Virus record (IMG/VR): IMGVR_UViG_3300033145_003233
Span: 248,001-312,000 of that record
DNA length: 64,000 bases
Direction: 5' to 3' (one strand)
Under the pieces are notes generated by a model. It worked only from the letters and a program-made list of their open reading frames with translations, was not told the DNA's origin and made no database searches. Made by a program: the position numbers and the translations under genes. Positions 37,549 through 47,779 of the stretch are shown in pieces (within the stretch, counting starts at the first letter, position 1; every line of letters starts with the position of its first letter).

Positions 37549-38913
37549 TTAAGCTTGTTCAGACCATGTTCCATTTTTAGCTATTGTAAACCATTGGTTA
37601 TTCACCCCATAAACTATTGTCAGAGTTTCTCCGACAGCATCTGCCCATTTATATTTGCCGGGAGTCCACCCGCTATTGTCCCGGATAGTATTAGACCCAA
37701 AAGGTTCAATTCTTAACTGATTATTTCTATTAACCATAAATGTATACCATGTGCCTATTGGGGGAGAATCAGGAAGATTAAACTGAACAGTACCAGCATC
37801 TCGAACAAGCACAAAACAAGTCCCCGTTTCGCTAGCGATTGTATTATATGGTGTAGAAGCAACTTCTACCACATCTCTTGAAAAATATCTTCCGGTACAA
37901 TTACTAGGAACATCAAAACAGCCGCCTTCATCTCCTCCACATTCTTCTAGTTCGAAACCATCTGGCCCTTCTATATATACACACCATCTGGTTCCTGATC
38001 CCCCCGCACAATCAGGAGCAATCTCTATCCCTATCGGAAGTTGAGACTCAAAAACAGGGAAACAAGCTGCCCTAACACTCCCTACAGCTAATCTTCTAGT
38101 ATTATTTCCCAACGGTTCTCCCTCCCCTTCTCCTAGACTAGTCCCAGCACAAGTGCTGCTCCAAACAACATCCCCGGTACATGTATCTTCATCGAAATTA
38201 GAATATATTATAATTTCATCTTTAATAGTATAAGTTTCATATTCTATATAAAAATTAGCTATATTATCTCCACTAAGAGCCTCCCATTCAGTAGGGCATG
38301 AATCTAATTCACAACTATCACAATTATTATAAATAGAACCTACGCTATCTAAAACTATTCCTAAACTATCATCATATGTTACTTCATTATCATAAGAATC
38401 TTCATCTATATACCAGCATAAATTATCATGTCTAAAATATAATGGTATTGTTGGCACTCCCGTTTTATCAATATATAAATCAGAATAACCCTGCGGGACA
38501 TCTCCTATAGAACAGGCTTGTGCTCTAACCATATAAGTATTAACAGTAAGACCGCACATATCAACATTAATAGAATAAGTATCGCTTTCAAAGAAGGTTT
38601 GATCAATTCTTATTTTAACTTTAAAATAAACTACCCCATCGCATGAAGATATATCAACGATAGCATTATAAGGATCGATATCAACAAAAGAAATGACAGA
38701 ATTATTAAATGAAGAGCTATCGTTACAACCCCACACTAATTGATTGTAACCTAAATGGGAAAAAGATCTATTATAAACATCATTTATAGTCCATTCTACG
38801 TACAAGCTCCTATCTATATTACAACTCCAATTTATTATATTTATTGTTATATCGCTAGGACAAACAGGGGGTTCACACTGGTCAAAACCATCTATGTACC
38901 TTTGAAATGCCAC
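37549..38913 (-). CDS. Cys-rich paralog with C-terminal fibre-repeat-like domain
   Basis: MAFQRYIDGFDQC N-terminus; C-terminus WADAVGET...KNGTW homologous to the two small ORFs. Confidence 0.6.
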   Translation of the reverse strand: MAFQRYIDGFDQCEPPVCPSDITINIINWSCNIDRSLYVEWTINDVYNRSFSHLGYNQLVWGCNDSSSFNNSVISFVDIDPYNAIVDISSCDGVVYFKVKIRIDQTFFESDTYSINVDMCGLTVNTYMVRAQACSIGDVPQGYSDLYIDKTGVPTIPLYFRHDNLCWYIDEDSYDNEVTYDDSLGIVLDSVGSIYNNCDSCELDSCPTEWEALSGDNIANFYIEYETYTIKDEIIIYSNFDEDTCTGDVVWSSTCAGTSLGEGEGEPLGNNTRRLAVGSVRAACFPVFESQLPIGIEIAPDCAGGSGTRWCVYIEGPDGFELEECGGDEGGCFDVPSNCTGRYFSRDVVEVASTPYNTIASETGTCFVLVRDAGTVQFNLPDSPPIGTWYTFMVNRNNQLRIEPFGSNTIRDNSGWTPGKYKWADAVGETLTIVYGVNNQWFTIAKNGTWSEQA

Positions 38914-38947
38914 TTATTTCTCCCCCATTGTTCATAATTAAAAGCAT

Positions 38948-39670
38948 TTATTCATAATATTCTTCTGGTAATATTACATCTCCCTGACCGAGACAAGTTA
39001 ATAGATTATCCCAACTCATTTTATAAAAACCTTTTCTATATTTCTTCCTTTTATATTTATAGAATTGGTGATGGGAATCAACTATCCATAATCCCTTATC
39101 ATCATATCCATTAGCAGCTACGGCATGCTCCACCCAATCTCCATTAATAGAATCATAATTTCCATCTTCTCCATCTTTTGGAAATTTCTGAAACATAGTC
39201 CACACATATGACAAAAGAACTGGCTTACGTCTATTCAAATGTTGTTGAATATATTTTCTAAAATCAAAATTTATCTTAATATTATTATCGTAATCTATCT
39301 TCTTAAGCCATTTATAAACATTTTTAGTTGTCTCTTTCTCTTCTTCATCTTCTTTTTTATTGCAAGAATCTTTTAATGTTTTTATTAATCTTTTTCTCCC
39401 AAAATTAGCCCAAGAATAATCAAAAACAGCTAAATCACTAGTTATAAGAGTAACCTTATAAAAGCCTAATAGATTTAGCAATAAACACATCTGACCAGAA
39501 TCTAAACCTTGTTCTTTAAGATCTTCTTCAGACATTATCTTCTTGTAAGCCAAGTCCCTGACATATTCATAATCTATTTCAGGATTATAATAATTCGTCA
39601 CACAAGCTATCGAAGCGACAGCACAGTGAGCAGGCTCTTGTAAAAAATGGGTCATCTTTAACCGTCGCAT
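38948..39670 (-). CDS. C39-like cysteine peptidase
   Basis: QEPAHCAVAS, EHAVAANG, IVDS (Q/C/H/D). Confidence 0.65.
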   Translation of the reverse strand: MRRLKMTHFLQEPAHCAVASIACVTNYYNPEIDYEYVRDLAYKKIMSEEDLKEQGLDSGQMCLLLNLLGFYKVTLITSDLAVFDYSWANFGRKRLIKTLKDSCNKKEDEEEKETTKNVYKWLKKIDYDNNIKINFDFRKYIQQHLNRRKPVLLSYVWTMFQKFPKDGEDGNYDSINGDWVEHAVAANGYDDKGLWIVDSHHQFYKYKRKKYRKGFYKMSWDNLLTCLGQGDVILPEEYYE

Positions 39671-39705
39671 ACTACTATCTCCTTACTCCTTGCAAAATAA
39701 TTTCA

Positions 39706-40218
39706 TTATATCTCGAATTCTCCTCCGCTTTTATAAATTTCATATAACTTAATAGCCTTATCTAACATCTCAGCAAATATTTCTTTAGATTTTCCGCTAT
39801 CTTTAAAATGAGCCTCTATAATAGGATAAATCGTTTTTATAACTTCTGTTTTGCTTTTCCCATTAATAAATTCCCATGTCATTTGAAGTACAAAACTTTG
39901 GACCTCCTCTGGGTCATTAAAATAAAACATCTCTTCTGATCTTCTCTTTAACCAATGAAAGAACTCATGAATAACAAAATGAAAGTTTTCTTTGAAAAAA
40001 TTATCATCTAACAATCTTTCATCAATTCGTATAAGCCTCCCATTCCCCTCAGAAAACTTACCTTGCAAATCTAGAACCTCTATTTCTAGATTAGTATCTA
40101 TCTCAGACAAAGGTATATGATAATAATCAGCTATAGACTGAGTAAAAGGGTGGTTCTTTAAAATAGATTTTAATCTATTTATAAAATTATCATTATCACC
40201 TTGTTTATACCAATTCAT
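39706..40218 (-). CDS. Zincin-like metallopeptidase with MNWYK N-terminus
   Basis: IHEFFH...PEE. Confidence 0.6.
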   Translation of the reverse strand: MNWYKQGDNDNFINRLKSILKNHPFTQSIADYYHIPLSEIDTNLEIEVLDLQGKFSEGNGRLIRIDERLLDDNFFKENFHFVIHEFFHWLKRRSEEMFYFNDPEEVQSFVLQMTWEFINGKSKTEVIKTIYPIIEAHFKDSGKSKEIFAEMLDKAIKLYEIYKSGGEFEI

Positions 40219-40231
40219 ATCCTATCCCCCT

Positions 40232-41116
40232 TTATGTCGTAAAATTAACTCTGAAAGTATCAGAGATACCACTTAATTGTCCACTAATTGCAATATCAAC
40301 ATACGCATTTTCTCCTTCAGAAATTAAATATTTATAAAGAATATTATCGATTAAAATCACTCCTGCTTTATGAAAATTAGGAACATTCATTACCGATATA
40401 ACTTCCTGAATAAAACTATGACTATATGATGATATAGAAAAAGAATAATTCTCGTCATTAAAGGTAGTTTGCCTTTTATAAAAAATAGAATTTAAAGGAT
40501 AAGAAAAATCAGACTGAGATTCCGCTGCCTCTGCTAAATAAGCATATGGAGAAAACAGAACATAATAATCACTTGAACTCTCTATTCTTACATATACATC
40601 TCTTCCCACAGAAGTATAGGTGCTCCTATTAGTAATATCTGTCACTTTCACAGGAATATAATGAAAATATTTATCTTCATCATTTACAAGAACCCGAAAC
40701 TTTATAAAATCATTATCAGTAGTATCTCTTATATAACAATCTATAGCTCTAACTCTTACTGTAGGATTAGATAAGTCTATGGAATTAATAACATCTAAAA
40801 CTAAAGGAACACTTCCCGATGGGTCATCGTTCCACCCCCCATAAACACTATTAGTAATTAATGAATACTCCACATCCTCCCCATTACTAGCATCTGTTAC
40901 ACTTATAGAAAAATCAGTAACTTGGATATCTTCCCATTGCGTTTCTGCTTCATCAAGCCTTTTTCTAATTAATATATAAAATCTATCAGCTTTAGGGCTA
41001 GTAATTTCAAGAGGGAACATAATGTTAAACCCCGGCTCATAGTAGTTAGGACTTCCTACATATTGAAGAATCCCATCTTCTATAACTTGATATCCTCCTA
41101 AAGCAACCTGAAGCAT
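40232..41116 (-). CDS. Hypothetical beta-rich (probably structural) protein
   Basis: ATG at 41116 after GGAGG. Confidence 0.5.
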   Translation of the reverse strand: MLQVALGGYQVIEDGILQYVGSPNYYEPGFNIMFPLEITSPKADRFYILIRKRLDEAETQWEDIQVTDFSISVTDASNGEDVEYSLITNSVYGGWNDDPSGSVPLVLDVINSIDLSNPTVRVRAIDCYIRDTTDNDFIKFRVLVNDEDKYFHYIPVKVTDITNRSTYTSVGRDVYVRIESSSDYYVLFSPYAYLAEAAESQSDFSYPLNSIFYKRQTTFNDENYSFSISSYSHSFIQEVISVMNVPNFHKAGVILIDNILYKYLISEGENAYVDIAISGQLSGISDTFRVNFTT

Positions 41117-41117
41117 T

Positions 41118-43643
41118 TTATACCTCCGCCACAATCAAAGATAAAACAGCAGTATCTTCTATCATGTCAAAAACTTCTTTCCTAAGTTTTTCTTTATTAT
41201 CTGGATTCCATATAATCCTAACTTGAGTACCCTTGATATCATCTACTTTTCCATATTCTTGAGGATTAGCCATCCCCTTCCTTCTGTCTCTTACCCTCAT
41301 ACCTACTTGATATTGAGGAAGAGCTTCTTTCGGACCTTTCACAATTTCTGTTTTATCTTGATATAACTTATCAATAGCCTCCGGTAAAACTTGTGACAAT
41401 TTTACTTGCTTAAACCAATTCCCTGACATTAGCGGCTCCCTATATTTATTAATTATTTCTGGGGCCATCGCATGGACGGCCTGAGTAGCTTGAACTTTAG
41501 AATTCTCAAAAACATTTTGTTTCTCATTCCCGTCTGGCATAGTAGCAAAACTCATATCAATCTTGCCAGTATCTTGAAGCTCTTTAAGTCTATTTAATAC
41601 TTCTTTTATATAACCAGTAGAAGGACTTAAAACAGGAGTAAGAGTAGAAAATATATTTATTATATCACTTCCATTTATCACTGTTCCTCGAAATATCCCA
41701 GTTGGACTTTCTACAAAATTACTAAAATTTTCAAAGAATTTAGTATGTTTTTCTTCATTATAATTATCTGGTTGAGATGCCATATCATCAGCTTGAACAT
41801 GATACAAAACGTACTTCCATAAGTCTTTATGTTCTTCATCTTTACCATGCATTCTTGTATCTCTTAAAAATCTACCCCTACCTTTAGGCCCCCACTTATC
41901 AGCAGAATGAGGACGCATATGTAATCTTATAACCTGATTAACTATATCTCTCTCATCTCTACCAACACCAATAGATTTAAGGATCTGATTTGCCATCTTA
42001 GTAGATGCTCTCTCGTGATCTATATATTGCATCTGTTCCACATTCTTAGGATGAGGCTTCTGCACACCACCTTTCATCTTTCCAAAATCATGAAATAAAG
42101 CAGCAAGATTCATAAGGCCCCTCATATGATCACTTTCTCCATTATCTTGCATTATCTTATTCATATTTTTTACAACTTCTAAAGTATGATCTAATAAATT
42201 ATATTTATGATAAGGAGTTTGTTGATTCATCATTATACCTTCAGGATGCAAATCATCCATTTCAGGAACTTTAAATGCTGACTTATATAAACCAGTACTA
42301 AATAATAATTTAAGAGAATCAACTGGATTTCCCATTAACATCTTCATTAATTCTGGTCCAGCTCTTTCAGAAGCTACCTTCTTACTATATGATTCATGAA
42401 TAGAAGGATCTCCCATTGCCTTAACAATAGAATCATCAATTACGCTATTAGGAAAACGACTATGAAAACGCAAAACTCTCAAAAGCCTAAGAGGATCTTC
42501 ATGAAAAGTTTTATATGATTCATCTGGAGTTCTTAAAACTATTTGACCATCTCCCTCTATCCCCAAATCTTTTTTCCCGCCAACAAAATCATCTACCTCA
42601 CCTGTATCTATATTATAATAAAGAGCATTGATAGTTAAATCTCTTCTTCTAACATCTTCCTTGGGATTATTTGTAGTAGTAATTTGTGGTTGACGACTAT
42701 TGGGATCAGGATAATGCTCTGTTCTCATTGGAACAAATTCTATTTTTTGGCCGAATAAATCAACTGCTCCAACCATCAACTTATCATCAGGAGCTTTCTC
42801 TAATGGATCAGCAGATTTCTCCAAACTTACCTTATATGCTTTAGAAACATCAATTATATTATGCCTAACGGCTGCTTCAGCAACTAATTGAGCGAAATCA
42901 TAACCAGGCATATCAATAGCTATATCTATGTCATCACTAGGTATCCCCAATAACTTATCTCTCACCCATCCACCAGCTACTCTCATTTGAATATTAAGCC
43001 CGTGTCCTTTTTTAACTGTCTTTAAAAACTCAAATATGTTTTTCTCCTTAGGAGTAAGAGATAATTCAGAATGACCCCCGATTACTCTCTGCCCCTTTTT
43101 AAAAACCTTCTTCCCAGTAGTAGATAATCTAGAAGTAGGAAAAGAGAGACCAGGAACACTATTAGAAACCAAACACTCCACACCGATATCAAATTCTTCT
43201 ACTATATTTTTAACCGAGTCAAAAGATCCCATAGCAGCAGGCTCATTAACAATAATTCTTATAAGAGAATCAGATATATCTAACTCTTCTGCAAAGTTTA
43301 GTTGCAATCCCCCAAAGCGACTCTTTTCAGCCCCTGTTTTTTGAGAATCTAGTACTAAAAATATAGAATACTCTTTAAAATATTTATCAGCAAACCTCTG
43401 AGAAAACAGAGGAATAGGACTAAAAAAAGATATCTTATTCTTAATTAAAAAACCTCTTAAGTCTATAATATCACAAGGAAAAACCATATGTCTTGTAGGC
43501 AAGAAAGCAGCAAGGTCATCAATTAATCTGTCCGAACAATCAGCCACATAGGAAAATAATGACCTAAATCTTTGCAAACAGGATAAAATAACATCCTTAT
43601 CCACGTTTATTGGATCTCCTCTTATTTCTCGAACAACCCCCAC
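41118..43643 (-). CDS. cca: CCA tRNA nucleotidyltransferase with HD domain and N-/C-terminal extensions
   Basis: GGWVRD, DDIDIA, RRDLTINA, DPLRLLR, ERAGPEL, LFHDFGK. Confidence 0.9.
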   Translation of the reverse strand: MGVVREIRGDPINVDKDVILSCLQRFRSLFSYVADCSDRLIDDLAAFLPTRHMVFPCDIIDLRGFLIKNKISFFSPIPLFSQRFADKYFKEYSIFLVLDSQKTGAEKSRFGGLQLNFAEELDISDSLIRIIVNEPAAMGSFDSVKNIVEEFDIGVECLVSNSVPGLSFPTSRLSTTGKKVFKKGQRVIGGHSELSLTPKEKNIFEFLKTVKKGHGLNIQMRVAGGWVRDKLLGIPSDDIDIAIDMPGYDFAQLVAEAAVRHNIIDVSKAYKVSLEKSADPLEKAPDDKLMVGAVDLFGQKIEFVPMRTEHYPDPNSRQPQITTTNNPKEDVRRRDLTINALYYNIDTGEVDDFVGGKKDLGIEGDGQIVLRTPDESYKTFHEDPLRLLRVLRFHSRFPNSVIDDSIVKAMGDPSIHESYSKKVASERAGPELMKMLMGNPVDSLKLLFSTGLYKSAFKVPEMDDLHPEGIMMNQQTPYHKYNLLDHTLEVVKNMNKIMQDNGESDHMRGLMNLAALFHDFGKMKGGVQKPHPKNVEQMQYIDHERASTKMANQILKSIGVGRDERDIVNQVIRLHMRPHSADKWGPKGRGRFLRDTRMHGKDEEHKDLWKYVLYHVQADDMASQPDNYNEEKHTKFFENFSNFVESPTGIFRGTVINGSDIINIFSTLTPVLSPSTGYIKEVLNRLKELQDTGKIDMSFATMPDGNEKQNVFENSKVQATQAVHAMAPEIINKYREPLMSGNWFKQVKLSQVLPEAIDKLYQDKTEIVKGPKEALPQYQVGMRVRDRRKGMANPQEYGKVDDIKGTQVRIIWNPDNKEKLRKEVFDMIEDTAVLSLIVAEV

Positions 43644-43809
43644 ATCCTCCTACTACTCTCTTCGTAGGAGTTTTTAATGTTCTAACTCCAGTAGGGGGAA
43701 CATTTTTAATAGTATCGGACTTACCAATAATAAGAACATCCTTTTTTCTATTCCCGATACGAACTACCTGCCTAGTAGCTTTAAGATTTGGACTGTTTAT
43801 TTCTTTCAT
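43597..43809 (-). CDS. Small basic protein with GCGGC motif
   Basis: ORF track. Confidence 0.4.
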   Translation of the reverse strand: MKEINSPNLKATRQVVRIGNRKKDVLIIGKSDTIKNVPPTGVRTLKTPTKRVVGGCGGCSRNKRRSNKRG

Positions 43810-43811
43810 TT

Positions 43812-44465
43812 TTACCCCTCTATAACCATATCTCCTACGCTATCTTTTAATCTAGTCAAAACCTTGCTTAGAACCTTTTTAGTTTTTGTACTGTCTATAT
43901 GTTGCATCTCATCATTTACTATTATTTTTAATTGGTTGAAAATCAAATTAACGGGCTTAGCATTATCATAATAATCAGAAAGTTTATTTTCATAAGTAAG
44001 AATGGTTTCAGCTAGTTTTTTTATTGTCTCGGCACTTTTTCTTCTCTCCACCAAATCTATATCCTCACTTTGTTGAGCTATAGAAAACATCTCTCTCTCC
44101 ATGACAGCTATTCTAGATCTTAAAGCAGCAACCTTGTTTGTCTGCATATTCACCCATTGTTGGATATTATCTGCATACTCTTGAAGAGACACATTGTTTT
44201 GAGATGCCTTATGATGATAAACAATATGATTCCTAACAGCAGGGCCTGAGATATCAAAATTGTGTTCATTCTTTAACTTATTTTTTATTTCAGTGTAGTT
44301 TTTTCTTCCTTGATTATCATAAATTCTTTCTGCCTCTTCCCTTAAATCAGAATTACACAATTTACACGTAGGTCTCTTTATCTTATCCATACTAAACAAA
44401 TAAGGAACAACACTGGAATCTACTGGTGCTCCAGCAACAACTATTTCTTCACTTTTTTTTGCCAT
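43812..44465 (-). CDS. Zn-finger/coiled-coil hypothetical protein
   Basis: CKLC...H..YH. Confidence 0.5.
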   Translation of the reverse strand: MAKKSEEIVVAGAPVDSSVVPYLFSMDKIKRPTCKLCNSDLREEAERIYDNQGRKNYTEIKNKLKNEHNFDISGPAVRNHIVYHHKASQNNVSLQEYADNIQQWVNMQTNKVAALRSRIAVMEREMFSIAQQSEDIDLVERRKSAETIKKLAETILTYENKLSDYYDNAKPVNLIFNQLKIIVNDEMQHIDSTKTKKVLSKVLTRLKDSVGDMVIEG

Positions 44466-44824
44466 TATACCCAGCCTTTCATAGGTTTTTCTTTTCCTTC
44501 ATGAATAAATTCTGTCCTCTCCTTTTTAAAAGAAGATATTAACATATCAATTTTTTCAATCCCTTCTTCACATAACGATGCGAATTTCCACGGACTATCT
44601 AATGCTAGATAATCTGCTTGAATTAGAATCTCATGTAATAAAGGATAAGATGTTATTTTTGAAGAGCTTATAATTCTATAATTTGCTTCTTTAGCATTTT
44701 TGCCACTTTGAAATATAAGTTTCGCAAGAGTTGTTAAAGTATCTTTTGTCTCAGTTAAATATCTTATCTTACTGTTAAGAAGATTTCTCTTACCGAAATC
44801 CTTAGCTATTTTGAACCAGTTCAT
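44465..44824 (-). CDS. Hypothetical protein with MNWFKIAK N-terminus
   Basis: ATG at 44824 with SD AAGGAG. Confidence 0.55.
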   Translation of the reverse strand: MNWFKIAKDFGKRNLLNSKIRYLTETKDTLTTLAKLIFQSGKNAKEANYRIISSSKITSYPLLHEILIQADYLALDSPWKFASLCEEGIEKIDMLISSFKKERTEFIHEGKEKPMKGWV

Positions 44825-45452
44825 TACGATTCTCCTTGCCATAAAGAGCTATCAATAGGCTTTCGGCCATCCCATCCGTATTTGTCTTTTCGAAGACTTT
44901 TGCCATTTTAGGGTACAATGTCGAAACAAGGGATCTAGCTGCTGTTTTAGATTCAGCTTTTACCTGCCTATTTAATTTATCTATTTGCTTTTTATTCTCA
45001 TTTTTAGCCTGCTTTTCCTCTAAACTTTTAGATAACACCCTTAAATCCCTAATCTCGGCTTTTTTCGCAATAATACCATCAGTGATTAATTCTGAAAATT
45101 GTTTCTTCCATTTTTGAGATGATACGATGATAGGCAAATGATTAAAAAGGCCCATAACTATCCCCTCTAGATTCCCAAAACCCTTGCCAAAAGCAAATGA
45201 ACTTACTGATCCTTCTCCCGGCATGCTAGAAACCCTCTCTAGCACAATCATACTTTTTTCACTAAGATGCTTTACAAATATATCTCTTATTTTTTGTAGA
45301 TCATAAAGTCGCTTCGTCTTTATCTTACCCTTAACTTTCTTGGTGAGTTTTATTACGGGCATTTTATACACAACCGGGAGTGCTTTCCGGCTATTGGATA
45401 AAATAGATATCCCCCCACTGAAGCCTGGGTCTATTCCACAAAATATTATCAT
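44802..45452 (-). CDS. ruvC: RuvC-like Holliday junction resolvase
   Basis: GIDPGFSGG, VLERV, SAFAFG-like SSFAFG, QKWK, DGMAESLLIA. Confidence 0.8.
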   Translation of the reverse strand: MIIFCGIDPGFSGGISILSNSRKALPVVYKMPVIKLTKKVKGKIKTKRLYDLQKIRDIFVKHLSEKSMIVLERVSSMPGEGSVSSFAFGKGFGNLEGIVMGLFNHLPIIVSSQKWKKQFSELITDGIIAKKAEIRDLRVLSKSLEEKQAKNENKKQIDKLNRQVKAESKTAARSLVSTLYPKMAKVFEKTNTDGMAESLLIALYGKENRNELVQNS

Positions 45453-45509
45453 GCTTTCTCTCCTAAATCATTATACTTACTTATCGACTTAGGAGAGAAT
45501 TTATATAAA

Positions 45510-45541
45510 AATATAGCCACATGTATTTATGTGACTATATT
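45510..45541 (-). terminator. Terminator-like hairpin
   Basis: AATATAGTCACAT-AAATAC-ATGTGGCTATATT-TTT. Confidence 0.55.
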
Positions 45542-45562
45542 GTTCAGAACTGATTACATGTA

Positions 45563-45766
45563 CTATCCACAGAAAATTGTATCTCCGACTATCACCTTAA
45601 CTTCTTCAGAACCTTTGAAAAATTCTTTCAATTCTTCTATAATTTCCTGATCCCCCTCTACAAGATAAGATAGAATCTCCAGCAATTTTTTGTTATGCTC
45701 CCTATCCCCTCTTTTAAACTTTATATGCCCAGTCGGAAGAATCTCTAATTTCAAATCATCTAACAT
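45563..45766 (-). CDS. Hypothetical protein
   Basis: ORF track. Confidence 0.45.
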   Translation of the reverse strand: MLDDLKLEILPTGHIKFKRGDREHNKKLLEILSYLVEGDQEIIEELKEFFKGSEEVKVIVGDTIFCG

Positions 45767-46127
45767 TTTTCTTTTTGTTCTTGCCTTTTATATGATTTTT
45801 TTTCTTTGCCTTTTTCTTCTTAGCCTTCTTGACATTTTTTTTAGCTACTGCGGTTTTGATGGTATATTTAGAATCCATCTCCATCACCTGACAGTCAGGC
45901 TCTTTCAAATCCCTAGCGATGCTCTCAACAGGAATGATTTCAGTCCCTCCATCACTTAAAGAAATCTCTCTCATCGGGGAGCTAGCCTCTTGGGTAACGT
46001 CTGCTCTAACCGTATAAATAATACTGCCGATTCTGTACCGGAAACCGGGTGGAAAAGCAAGTTTCTCCATTTTCGTATCCCCTACTATTATTGGAGCCTC
46101 TGTTTTAAAAATTTTCTTAAATGCCAT
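45756..46127 (-). CDS. Hypothetical protein with Lys-rich tail
   Basis: ORF track. Confidence 0.5.
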   Translation of the reverse strand: MAFKKIFKTEAPIIVGDTKMEKLAFPPGFRYRIGSIIYTVRADVTQEASSPMREISLSDGGTEIIPVESIARDLKEPDCQVMEMDSKYTIKTAVAKKNVKKAKKKKAKKKNHIKGKNKKKNVR

Positions 46128-46139
46128 AATTAAATTCTC

Positions 46140-46334
46140 CTACCATCTTTGTTTTACACGTACTTTTTGATCCTTGTAAAATTCAGACTTCTTAGTAACT
46201 TTTTTCTCATCTCCTAGAGCATTAATCAGATCTTGGATATCTCCCTGACATTCTTTTCCAGAGTATCCAATTTGATCGAACTCTACGGTCCCATCATCAT
46301 TAATTAATACTTTAATTGTTCTAAATCCAGCCAT
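46140..46334 (-). CDS. DUF2997-like small protein
   Basis: IKVLINDDGTV..D.IGYSGKEC...LG...KSEFY. Confidence 0.6.
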   Translation of the reverse strand: MAGFRTIKVLINDDGTVEFDQIGYSGKECQGDIQDLINALGDEKKVTKKSEFYKDQKVRVKQRW

Positions 46335-46577
46335 TATTTTTATTCCTTAATTAAAAATCCACTTTCTGTTTTAACAGCAGATATCTTGTCTTTATCTTCT
46401 TCCTGAAACACCATTTTAACAATTTCTTCTTTCACTTTCAAGAACTTTTTTTCACAATTATCAACAATTAGAATCAATTTATCCGCTGTCTTCTCTCGAT
46501 CCTCTTTATTCTCTTCTTTATACTTACAACACATACCTGCCAATTGGGTCAAAGAATGAATAAGTAAAATTACTCTT

Positions 46578-47777
46578 TTATATATTTCTTTCATCTTCCC
46601 ATATCCCATAAAGCATTTTTTTATGCTCTAATACTCCATCTACCGTATTCTTTTTTGTTATTTCCGCACATATAGTAAGAAATATTACTTGAAAAATCGC
46701 TCTTATTTCTGCATCGGTACATCCTGAACGAATTTTTAATAAAGCCTTTATCAAAACATAATAAATCAATATTAATTCATTATAAGTATAACAAGAAACT
46801 TTTGCTTTATTAAACCTCGTCTCGAATATAGAATTAATCATCTTTAACGAGTATTTAGAAATCGGCTTACCATCTTTAGTTTTTACTGTCGTCTTTATTC
46901 TCTGCGATCTTCCCGAACTTTCTAACTTATTTATATTCGATATTTTATCCTTAATTTCCTTTGATGACATATTGTTATTCGTTCCACTTTTGGCTAACAA
47001 TAACAATTCATATCTCCATGCCATCCCCTGTATCAATAGAATAGCTTCTTGACGGAAATATTTAGCTCTCTCAAGATGATCAGTAACAATCCCCATAGAA
47101 GAGCAATATTTCTTAGCATCTAAAAAATTATAAAGAGTCCAAACAACGAATTCCCTAGAAGAAGAGCAAACAGCATAAATATCTTTTTCTTTAACTTTGG
47201 TCTTACCATAGATATAGTTATAAGTCTTTAACAACAATAAACGCAGTCGATCTACATCTACATCTTGTCCTTTAATATTTAAAGAATCAACAATTAATCT
47301 ATTTAAATCTTCATCTAACTCTATTTTTCTTTTCTTAAAGAAACGATATGCGGCTTTAATACCATCTATCTTATTTATTTTCTGAGGAAACTTAAAAACC
47401 TGTCCATATTTTCTTACTTCTTTCGAAAAGGACTCAGCCGAAACTCCAACTCCATTAAAGATAAGAACATTACCAGCAGGAATTGAAGGGAATAACTTCT
47501 TAAAATTATTAAGAACTTTTGTTCTTTCTTGAGTTTTTAATTTAGATTTATCTTTTGTTACTTTTTTAGCGTTAATCTTAATTTTAGGCAAGGCTTTTAC
47601 AATAAACAATCTTCTTTGTGCAAAGCAGGAAATCTCTGTAGCCATATGAGAAACCTTTTCATAATTATCTTCCTCATCGAAGAGAAAAAGCTCATAATCC
47701 CCCATAGATTGCTTGATCTTCTCAAGTTGTCCCTGCCGATCAAACAGATTGCCTTCTATAAGAACAACAGTATCCAT
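46578..47777 (-). CDS. holA: DNA polymerase III delta subunit-like (clamp loader)
   Basis: EISCFAQRRLFIVK...IYAVCSSSREFVVWTLYNFL; adjacent to the clamp and dnaX. Confidence 0.6.
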   Translation of the reverse strand: MDTVVLIEGNLFDRQGQLEKIKQSMGDYELFLFDEEDNYEKVSHMATEISCFAQRRLFIVKALPKIKINAKKVTKDKSKLKTQERTKVLNNFKKLFPSIPAGNVLIFNGVGVSAESFSKEVRKYGQVFKFPQKINKIDGIKAAYRFFKKRKIELDEDLNRLIVDSLNIKGQDVDVDRLRLLLLKTYNYIYGKTKVKEKDIYAVCSSSREFVVWTLYNFLDAKKYCSSMGIVTDHLERAKYFRQEAILLIQGMAWRYELLLLAKSGTNNNMSSKEIKDKISNINKLESSGRSQRIKTTVKTKDGKPISKYSLKMINSIFETRFNKAKVSCYTYNELILIYYVLIKALLKIRSGCTDAEIRAIFQVIFLTICAEITKKNTVDGVLEHKKMLYGIWEDERNI

Positions 47778-47779
47778 AA

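Noticed and set aside
33945-38913. Diversity-generating retroelement acting on the paralog array
   Set aside because: No reverse transcriptase in the window and no TR/VR pair differing mainly at adenines was seen
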